A DNA stretch of 25,456 nucleotides from an uncultured Thiothrix sp. (GTDB taxonomy: Bacteria > Pseudomonadota > Gammaproteobacteria > Thiotrichales > Thiotrichaceae), in NCBI GenBank assembly GCA_964506085.1, contig CAZDMX010000001.1, forward strand, positions 1 to 25,456. The letters run 5' to 3'. A program made the translations under genes and the position numbers. Every line of letters starts with the position of its first letter. Within the stretch, counting starts at the first letter, position 1. Below the pieces are notes generated by a model that had not been told where the DNA came from, ran no database searches, and worked only from the letters and a program-made list of their open reading frames with translations. This document shows positions 10,401 through 16,612 of this stretch, piece after piece.

Positions 10401-11066
10401 TTCTTCCGTGAAGTTGTAAAAAACCCACGATTAGGTGAAAGATCGGGATTGTTCGATGACGAAGCAGACTTTTCAGAAGACGTATTACCTATCCGTGATG
10501 AAATTAAATCCATGCTTTTAGATAACGACAGCGACAAAGCACAACTGGAGTTAAAAAGGATTTCTGATTATCGTAACTACCGACAGTATGAAATATATAA
10601 AGAAGTTGAAGGAAAACAATCGATTCCATTAAGTAAATATGGAACAGGAAGTGGTGGACAACTAGAAACCCCTGCTTATATTATTCGCTCAGCATCTATC
10701 ACGTCATCTTTTCGTTTTGCCACAGGCTCGAATCATTTGAGCATGGTATTAGTTGATGAGGCTTTTTCTTTTATGGATGAACCTCGTTCCAAAGAGATTA
10801 TCAACTACTTGACAGATTCATTAGGCCTACAATTAATCTTTATCATGCCAAGTAATAAAAGTGGCCCCTTTATGGATAAGGTTAATAACCAGTTTGTTTT
10901 TGTGAAATTTCCAAGCCCCAATCTACGTGGAGAATTAAAAACCCAAGTTCAGGTTGATGCCAAGGTTTTGAAAAAAGAAAAAGTAGCGAAGCTTTGGGAG
11001 CTACATAAAGAAATGACCTATCAGCAAGGTGAATTGAGCTTTATGAATAGCTTTCAGGAGTCTTAA
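7410..11066 (+). CDS. jetC: Wadjet JetC (SMC-like ATPase)
   Basis: MLLKRLILLNWG start with GAGGA SD, Walker A GGSGSGKTT, long coiled-coil arms around a central hinge-like region, signature GTGSGGQLE, Walker B LVDEAF. Confidence 0.9.
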   Translation: MLLKRLILLNWGNLPNRSYEFGSVNLFSGGSGSGKTTMGDAIQTLMTAAYDTLYQYNPGQNESRQRSKSGKQSRSLASYVLGCDDGSYARLDPTDGYIVGVFYPSSENETAPPFTALMGIRAYIDQTVNIKTARQDSLLFMILPATELEKDDLVITQDSTELIVTLDQLEAHFIRKFGKQRFEVYDKKTAYLRRLYAAFRGLKENVAEQEAMAAARAFSRFMAYKSVKNIDHFVSTEVLEERNLGEVIQDISQQLRSIHGMESEAKQLKRSITLLKQADNFSQNYIESWLELNTLDYMLAQYDYYQLQQQWLTTRKAFDKKRSDLKTVEKNTKTTQEQQLGLHKEQVSLEAKRQGIPALQQKDDLEKEKDSLKEAVVSKFQESGGQNIQLATNNGNSEFICNQLANISHEDDLAGFNNLELTTFCQQFKDEGLAEKINLKLFMDTAILEDADKLDKLIQQTKFKQSLNNNGYAYWHQQKTAKKQTRFEQLAGITRKQVRYYQQLEEKKIDLNHKIRRLESNKKIYPAYVVEAVNAIRSRYPEAEPGILCDYIEVASIKLDWQSAIEGYLGGARFSIIVDEDYEADAIRLVKSLYKNKAKVVQGKRARLDVERSHQQLDQRSIIHILEYDHEIARYYLTASYGTVLRVNNAEELSLARRAITKDGMGASSYSMWARSLPDEKLVFGENARLRALEAFKKELSNLEQELNQANDDMIAIQHFHDAVEALSSIKIVEIIEEMLPLHQQLKILERKIEQLDLGEGKKLDEKIEALAKDKENIDSMLGDLQKQKGKLEEQIEKLTTTSNKLSDQKESSQKIVESCEQKIVQIAEVWSDFEFVAHLEYADQEAKALNKAAKEDEKREVNNSLQKHERDLAKKLDEYNQECKAGDGIFFQGYEGQLDNALFERVCARQTDIKRIHNQLKNNVLIKMDQQLGRIRASFDNAFITNFCHTIHSALNTGKQQIEQLNKELENHYFGADNEQFRFDSKWVPEYKGYAKFFREVVKNPRLGERSGLFDDEADFSEDVLPIRDEIKSMLLDNDSDKAQLELKRISDYRNYRQYEIYKEVEGKQSIPLSKYGTGSGGQLETPAYIIRSASITSSFRFATGSNHLSMVLVDEAFSFMDEPRSKEIINYLTDSLGLQLIFIMPSNKSGPFMDKVNNQFVFVKFPSPNLRGELKTQVQVDAKVLKKEKVAKLWELHKEMTYQQGELSFMNSFQES

Positions 11067-11068
11067 TT

Positions 11069-12205
11069 ATGACTCTTGTAAAAAAACCAAGATGGCTTGA
11101 GGATTACCCTGAAATTGAGAGCTGTTTACAGGGATTTATCAATAAGCTTGAGATACAGCCTGCAAAAGAAAGAACACGAAAAAAAATACCTTACGCCATT
11201 AACCGTAAAAACTTTCCTTCTTTGTGGCAACAAACAACCGAATCGGATTATCAATGGCAATTAATTCGTGATTTGGAAAGTGATTATGGTATCTGCGAAA
11301 TTAGATTCAATAAAAAAAGAAACCCTTTAGACCCTGAGTTCCATAATGCCAGTATTCAAATATTTTGTGATGCTGAAAAGACAATCAGAAACTGGCTTAA
11401 CCGACCTTACGAAGAACCCTTATTGAAGCAGTGGAAAGAAGTAGTAAAACAACAAGAGTCACTATTTCCAGGAACTATCGAACGGCTTCAATCGCGTATT
11501 TTCAATATTCAAGGAAAGAGTACTAAAGAAGTGGTTAGAGCCTTTATTGTTTTGGGTGAGTACCTAGAAAAGTTCCTTACATTGCGCCAACTAAGTGCCA
11601 GATGTTTTTGGGGTATGTCCAAAATTCTGGATAATCAGGAAGATTTGGTACTCTCGCTTTATCCCGGAATGAATATAAAACCACGACCTTTAATCATTAG
11701 TTTGCATATTCCTGACAATGCAACAGCCTGCTTGTTTATCGAAAATCATGATACCTATGTGAATGCTTTGCAGGGAGATATCCCTATTACCAAACATCAG
11801 GTTTTGGTTTACTGCTCTGGTTTTCTAGGAAGTGCCAACAGGATACGTACTTCGGGTTCGGTTGTTTTTCACTGGTCATCAGGGTCAACTTCCAGTAAGA
11901 AACAATCCTTCGAAAACTGGTGGTTGCATCAATCAGGTTCAAATCTACCTGTGTTCTTTTGGGGTGACTTGGATTACTCAGGCATGGCAATTCTTGCCGC
12001 GTTAAAAAAGGTATTCCCTGAAATAAAAGCCTGGCAACCTGGGTATACAAAAATGTTAGAGGCTCTTGATGAGAAAATGGCTCATGAAGTGGATGTTTCA
12101 GGAAAAAATAACCAAGAGGATCCTGTAACAACAGGGTGTGATTATGCGGATAAAATATTACTGCCAACATTAAGATTGTTATTTGTTGATCAGGAGGTCG
12201 TATAG
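11069..12205 (+). CDS. jetD: Wadjet JetD (TOPRIM nuclease; DUF2220-like C-terminus)
   Basis: TOPRIM motifs FIENHDTY and FWGDLDYSGMAIL, C-terminal FVDQEVV. Starts 2 nt after the jetC stop. Confidence 0.88.
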   Translation: MTLVKKPRWLEDYPEIESCLQGFINKLEIQPAKERTRKKIPYAINRKNFPSLWQQTTESDYQWQLIRDLESDYGICEIRFNKKRNPLDPEFHNASIQIFCDAEKTIRNWLNRPYEEPLLKQWKEVVKQQESLFPGTIERLQSRIFNIQGKSTKEVVRAFIVLGEYLEKFLTLRQLSARCFWGMSKILDNQEDLVLSLYPGMNIKPRPLIISLHIPDNATACLFIENHDTYVNALQGDIPITKHQVLVYCSGFLGSANRIRTSGSVVFHWSSGSTSSKKQSFENWWLHQSGSNLPVFFWGDLDYSGMAILAALKKVFPEIKAWQPGYTKMLEALDEKMAHEVDVSGKNNQEDPVTTGCDYADKILLPTLRLLFVDQEVV

Positions 12206-12224
12206 ATTCTGGTGGATAAATCAG

Positions 12225-12427
12225 CTACTCCAACAATAGCAGCCCATCTTTTTTATATTGCTTAAATGCGCCATCTCCAGAAATTAGCATTGTTTCGCTA
12301 CAAATGGCATGCCAGATTAACAACCTATCGAAGGGGTCTTTATGTTTTGATTGGGAGAAGATGACAGGATATGTTTAATGATGTCTGAGAGTTTAGCTTT
12401 AAACGCTGACATTTGAATGTTTTTCAT
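12225..12427 (-). pseudogene. Collapsed Phd/YefM antitoxin + PIN/VapC toxin remnant
   Basis: Hand translation of the minus strand. After a GGAGAAAGG SD, ATG 12427 gives MKNIQMSAFKAKLSDIIK (Phd-like start). In a different frame, 12344-12225 gives HKDPFDRLLIWHAICSETMLISGDGAFKQYKKDGLLLLE* (VapC-type C-terminus). The middle of the operon is missing. Confidence 0.78.
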
Positions 12428-12466
12428 TGCCTTTCTCCATGCGCTTATTGAAACCTAGCAAGAACT

Positions 12467-12479
12467 TGACCAGTTGTCA
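12467..12479. promoter_or_regulatory. Palindromic operator candidate upstream of the phd remnant
   Basis: TGAC-CAGTT-GTCA about 40 nt upstream of the phd ATG. TA operons are typically autoregulated through such palindromes. Confidence 0.4.
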
Positions 12480-12711
12480 TCTAGTATTAGGGTCTAGTTC
12501 CGTCCTATTCTCTAAAGAGAGCGCTTGATTGAAGTATATTGAAACTGAAGTCCCAATTTTCGATATACACACGACATCCCTTTCGTTATATTAAATTTCT
12601 CATTGTAATTGATAAATATTCCTGACTACCCATATGTTTAAGCCATTGTACGAACAACATTTTTCTTGAAGTGTCGAAAGATTTGCACAGACTAGTCTAT
12701 GCCTCCTGAGC

Positions 12712-12738
12712 ACAAAGGAATCGCAGTTTAAGCTGCGA
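12712..12738 (-). terminator. Possible intrinsic terminator of the RiPP operon
   Basis: On the minus strand, TCGCAG-cttaaa-CTGCGA followed by TTCCTTTG, about 45 nt past the bufC stop. The U-tract is weak. Confidence 0.4.
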
Positions 12739-12781
12739 ATAATGAGGGTGTGCTTAGACATATGCTTGGGTGAGGTTATAT

Positions 12782-13549
12782 TCAAAAGCCACATATCATC
12801 AGTTCATTTAGCCATGTCTGCAAGTAAGAAACAGCTTGTGCCGGCGTTTGTTCTTCATCGAAGTAATCGAGTAGACCTTCACACAATTCACTAAAATTAT
12901 CCCCTTGAATGGCGCGTGTTAATGCATAAGTTTCAGCATCGTCTAGTGCGCGATATCGACTAATAAGATCTTTTCGCCAAATAATCCATGTTGTGTTGTC
13001 TTGTTCTAAGGTGGGTGGGTTGTTTTCTCCCGTTAAGGCTTTCCATATAGCGAAGCTGTTATGTGTGCAGGGCAATACCTGCACAGAATCATGGAACTTT
13101 AATTGTAATGTTGGCCATGACTCTACCGCTATTTTACTTAAATCTTCAGTACTAAGCGTGGTGCAGTCAGCGGCATCAAAGCTATGGTTAAAGGCTTGTT
13201 CAATCTTTGCAATTTCTACTATTTCCGGATAATCAGCAAAGGGCTTTTGCGTTGAGAGTAACTCGACTAGATATTGGCTGTAATAACGCAAGCTAGGATG
13301 TTGCGATGGGTATTGATTGATATAGCTATCCATGAGCTGATCAAACAAATCATCCCCAAGATAACCATGCAGGCAATCAAAATCTGTCGTAATGGCTTCT
13401 TTCAAGCGTAGGCGATAGCCAATCGCGTAGATATCTAGTCGCCGCTGGGCTGTTGCATCGGGTGTTGATTGAATGCGCTTTGCTACTTCAGAAGGCTCAC
13501 CCTGTAAATGCTTCATAAAGGACTGCTGCAATTCACGTAGCTGTGTCAT
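12782..13549 (-). CDS. bufC: HvfC/BufC-family MNIO partner protein (DUF2063-type)
   Basis: LRELQQSFM start, RLDIYAIGYRLRL, PSQHPSLRYY, EIAKIEQAF, YLQTWLNEL. 17-nt overlap with the DUF692 gene. Confidence 0.85.
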   Translation of the reverse strand: MTQLRELQQSFMKHLQGEPSEVAKRIQSTPDATAQRRLDIYAIGYRLRLKEAITTDFDCLHGYLGDDLFDQLMDSYINQYPSQHPSLRYYSQYLVELLSTQKPFADYPEIVEIAKIEQAFNHSFDAADCTTLSTEDLSKIAVESWPTLQLKFHDSVQVLPCTHNSFAIWKALTGENNPPTLEQDNTTWIIWRKDLISRYRALDDAETYALTRAIQGDNFSELCEGLLDYFDEEQTPAQAVSYLQTWLNELMICGF

Positions 13550-14423
13550 TAGGCGACTCCTTCGGTACGCGCATACGTGGCTGGGTAAGTGCTAGCGCTT
13601 CGGCTGGCAACGTGTTGAAGGCGATTGTTTCGGCTGTTTTAAGTTCATTATGTAACTCGGTGAATTCAGGAATATTGTCATCCCTTTCGATCATGGTACT
13701 AACAGCGCCAAAATGTTGCAGTGCTTTGGCGTATAAATCCCAAACAGGATCACAGACATCATGATCGTGGGTATCAATGATCATTGAACCATTGTAACTG
13801 TGTCCCGCGAGATGAAATTGCATAACGCGATCAATGTCTATGCCTTTTATATAGTCGATAGGCTCGAAGTGATGGTTATGTGCACTGACAAAAATGTTAT
13901 TAATATCTAGCAATATCCAGCAATCTGCGCGACGGGCGATCTCATTGAGGAACTCCCATTCAGATATTTCTGATTCGTTATAGGTTACATAACTGGATAG
14001 GTTTTCAATTAAGAGTTGTCTGCCTAGGTAATCTTGTACTTGCCGGATACGTGCAGCAACATGCTCGATGGTAGTTTCGTTGTAGGGTAACGGCAACAGG
14101 TCGTGACTATTGACTTGATCCACGCTCGTCCAGCACAGATGATCGGATATCCAGTGCGGTTCTACACGTGTTGCGAGTTGTTTTAATTGTTTAAGATAGG
14201 TTTTATTGAGTGGATCAGTACTGCCGATGGAGAGTGAAACACCGTGCATAACCATTGGATAGTCGGCACGAATTTTATCTAGATTATCTAAAGGCTTACC
14301 ACCTGGCACCATGTAGTTTTCACTGAGAATTTCAAACCAGTCAATATCCGGTTTATTATCTAACACATATTGATAGTGTTCTGTACGCAGACCCAAGCCA
14401 AATCCGAGAAAAGGACGTGTCAT
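13533..14423 (-). CDS. bufB: DUF692 multinuclear non-heme iron oxidase (MNIO; BufB/HvfB-like)
   Basis: GFGLGLR, WFEILSENY, HGVSLSIGS, WISDHLCW, LIENLSSY, LLDINN, FHLAGH, IDTHD, IERDD. The metal-ligand motifs appear intact. Confidence 0.94.
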   Translation of the reverse strand: MTRPFLGFGLGLRTEHYQYVLDNKPDIDWFEILSENYMVPGGKPLDNLDKIRADYPMVMHGVSLSIGSTDPLNKTYLKQLKQLATRVEPHWISDHLCWTSVDQVNSHDLLPLPYNETTIEHVAARIRQVQDYLGRQLLIENLSSYVTYNESEISEWEFLNEIARRADCWILLDINNIFVSAHNHHFEPIDYIKGIDIDRVMQFHLAGHSYNGSMIIDTHDHDVCDPVWDLYAKALQHFGAVSTMIERDDNIPEFTELHNELKTAETIAFNTLPAEALALTQPRMRVPKESPNDTAT

Positions 14424-14489
14424 ATTGTTTCCTGAAAGTTGTTGTTTTAATAATGTGTTACCGTCCAGAAAAATCTTATAAATTTAACA

Positions 14490-14663
14490 GTAGGTCGGAT
14501 AAGCGATATAGATACATGGATGTAGTAGGGAAAAGCAGGAGCAATTGCCGAGCGCCACCCGACAAAGGTATGTTAATTCAGGCGCTTGCCGGATGGCGTT
14601 CCTCGGCTTTAGCTTCCTGCGTCGCCCTACCTTCTGCATCCATGCAGTCGTTATCCGGCCTAC
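14490..14663. repeat. Inverted GTAG-REP doublet (REPIN-like), each REP interrupted by a ~42-48 bp insert
   Basis: Left arm GTAGGTCGGATAAGCG...CGCCACCCGAC (14490-14563). Right arm, reverse complement, GTAGGCCGGATAACG...CGCCATCCGGC (14663-14588). These resemble the enterobacterial REP (GTAGGCCGGATAAGGCG...ATCCGGC). Confidence 0.75.
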
Positions 14664-14723
14664 AAACACATCCTTTTTGGATGGTAACTAATTTGTTATG
14701 AGATATTAGGTGTTAGTTAGATA

Positions 14724-14755
14724 ATCCTCAACAAGTATATTCACTCGTTGAGGAT
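14724..14755 (-). other. 13-bp RNA stem-loop between precursor and enzyme genes
   Basis: Minus-strand AUCCUCAACGAGU-GAAUAU-ACUUGUUGAGGAU. The single mismatch is a G-U wobble only on the sense (minus) strand. Confidence 0.55.
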
Positions 14756-14839
14756 AAGCGGTATCTTTAGGTTTTAGAGGACAAGGAAACGATAGTCCTT
14801 AGTGAACACTAGGTTCATTAAAGAAACAGCTGATAAAGA

Positions 14840-15106
14840 CTAACCACCTTCCTTCGTTTTTCCACCAATATGATCACATGATGCAGCGGGCATGGATACG
14901 AAACCGTGACCCTTACATTTTGCATGTCCCTTACAAGCATTCTCTGCTGTTTTACAATCATTGTGGCCTTTACACTTGTTGACGTCATAGCAATGTACAA
15001 TGTTTTGAGTGCCTTCTGCAGTTGCTGTCGTTGACAACGCTGTCATGCCCGCAGCGGATATAGCCAATGCCGCGCCGAGGCTCATTGCTTTTTTTGAAAT
15101 AGTCAT
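14840..15106 (-). CDS. bufA: Bufferin BufA2-type precursor peptide, Sec/SPase I signal
   Basis: Signal peptide ending A-T-A|E (residue 30/31). Core [32 protein letters not shown]...C..IGG with 6 Cys. Upstream of DUF692; AGGA SD. Confidence 0.85.
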   Translation of the reverse strand: MTISKKAMSLGAALAISAAGMTALSTTATAEGTQNIVHCYDVNKCKGHNDCKTAENACKGHAKCKGHGFVSMPAASCDHIGGKTKEGG

Positions 15107-15229
15107 AATTTAAATCCTGTTGTTTTTAATACCTGAATGGGTGTGAATTTAGGGAAAGATATAGTATTAACTCAAATATTGAGTGTCACTAGACCTACCC
15201 ATTAATGTGATAAAAAGGTGTAGAGGAAC

Positions 15230-15496
15230 TTACTTAACGGTTCCACCTACGTCCCCACAGGCTTTTGCAGACATTTTAACAAAACCATGTCCTTTACATT
15301 TAGCATGTCCTTTACAAGCATTCTCTGCTGTTTTGCAATCGTTATGCCCTTTACATTTATTGACACCGTAACAATATGCGGAATGTTTTTCTGCGGTTGC
15401 AGTATTCCCCGATGATGATGTTCCACTACATGCTGCAAGTGTAGTCGCTGCTGCAAGGGCTAAAGCGATACCTGTGGATGTTTTGATTAAACTCAT
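15230..15496 (-). CDS. bufA: Bufferin BufA2-type precursor peptide, lipoprotein signal
   Basis: Lipobox LAAC (Cys23), Ser/Gly/Thr linker, core [32 protein letters not shown]...C..VGG. AGGAG SD. Confidence 0.85.
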   Translation of the reverse strand: MSLIKTSTGIALALAAATTLAACSGTSSSGNTATAEKHSAYCYGVNKCKGHNDCKTAENACKGHAKCKGHGFVKMSAKACGDVGGTVK

Positions 15497-15687
15497 TTCT
15501 TATCTCCTGATGATTAATAGTTTGCACAACCCACGATGATTAGTGAGTTGTCTGCGGATGACACTGATTTGACGGATAAGAATTGATTTTGGATGTAAAT
15601 GTGAGAAATAAATTTAAAATTTTTTTTAAAATGGAATGATTCTCGGCTTGATGGTTTTCGCAATAGCTCCGACTACAGGCTATTTTT

Positions 15688-16227
15688 TCATTTTTTACAG
15701 AGCCAATCATTGAATGCGTTCATCTCAATTTCATCCGTTATGGTTAGCAGGAGATGGGGTAGTCTTGGAGTATTTTGTTGCTGGGGATGGCTTCCATCGT
15801 AGTCGAAGATCAATTGATTCAACAGGTAACGGAATTCGTTAATATGTTGACTGATTTGATCCAGGTATTTTCCTGTAGCGTGCTCAATTAAGTAACGGCC
15901 TTCCATTAAACCCGCTTGGTGAGCACAGCTTTTAGTGATTTCTGTGTGTAAATGAATCAACTCTTCAATGGTTGTTTCTAGAGTATTGAGTGGGATTTTA
16001 TAGTCTTTGTCTTGATCTACTGTGTCATGCAGGGTTAATGATTCTTGATGGAGAGCAGCGATAATTGTTTTTGCCTGCTCTTGCCAGTGACTAAAAATTT
16101 GTTTGTTTTCAATGAGAATAGTGCAGTCAGACTTTGCGGTTAAGTATCTTGAATAATCAATATCTACTTGAAGACATTTGAAGTGCTCAAGGATGGTTTG
16201 ATAAGTTGATATTTTCCTTGAATCCAT
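15688..16227 (-). CDS. Hypothetical protein (~179 aa, predicted helical)
   Basis: Long open frame. ATG 16227 (MDSRKIS) has an AAGGG SD; the listed start at 16275 is the alternative. No family recognised. Confidence 0.6.
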   Translation of the reverse strand: MDSRKISTYQTILEHFKCLQVDIDYSRYLTAKSDCTILIENKQIFSHWQEQAKTIIAALHQESLTLHDTVDQDKDYKIPLNTLETTIEELIHLHTEITKSCAHQAGLMEGRYLIEHATGKYLDQISQHINEFRYLLNQLIFDYDGSHPQQQNTPRLPHLLLTITDEIEMNAFNDWLCKK

Positions 16228-16284
16228 AGCATAGCCCTTATGTTTGCCTGACTGTTCAACCTTTTTTAAAATCATAATGATTAA

Positions 16285-16461
16285 ACCTAAAAAACGCAGT
16301 TGAAACTACTGTGAATGCCTATAGCACTGAATCTAAAGGTTTTCTTGAAAATGTTGACTTCACCCGTAGAGTGACTACGAATAAAGCCAACATTTTCCAG
16401 AAATTCCTTTATCTTCAGCACTCTAGTCATTCTCGCTACGTTTCAACTGAGTTTTTTAGGT
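16285..16461. mobile_element. ~177-bp palindromic MITE-like element, copy 1
   Basis: Terminal inverted repeats ACCTAAAAAAC(G/T)CAGTTGAAAC. The whole element is an imperfect hairpin (~85-bp arms, AGTGA loop). TAA on both flanks (16282-16284 and 16462-16464). A second copy is present at 25352. Confidence 0.78.
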
Positions 16462-16612
16462 TAAATGAGCTAAAAGTTATAAGTATCAAGTATAAGATAA
16501 TTATAGTCTATGAGTATGGTCATATCCTGACCAGGCTAAGGAATTAATTTGTTATTCCTATACAAACGACCTAGTATCAGTTCATTTTAAATATCAATAA
16601 GCAGACTTAGTT

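Noticed and set aside
5596-13764. Short ORFs overlapping the jet and buf genes (5596, 7417, 8730, 8992, 9598, 11787, 12600, 12993, 13543)
   Set aside because: They overlap longer recognised genes or lack SD and motifs; 12600..12794 has no family signal.
14417-14701. ORFs 14417..14701 (+) and 14484..14669 (-)
   Set aside because: They are translations of the REP doublet and its inserts.
15571-15596. ECF-sigma-like promoter ACATCC-N15-CCGTC (minus strand) upstream of bufA
   Set aside because: Plausible shape, but it cannot be assigned to an ECF group by eye and no sigma gene is in the window.
16309-16324. LexA-box-like CTGT-N8-ATAG upstream of uvrA
   Set aside because: Mismatch in the essential CAG half-site, about 290 nt from uvrA, and inside the MITE. 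No canonical CTGT-N8-ACAG was spotted upstream of uvrA or yebC-ruv.
16311-16547. 78-aa ORF
   Set aside because: Mostly a translation of the palindromic MITE.
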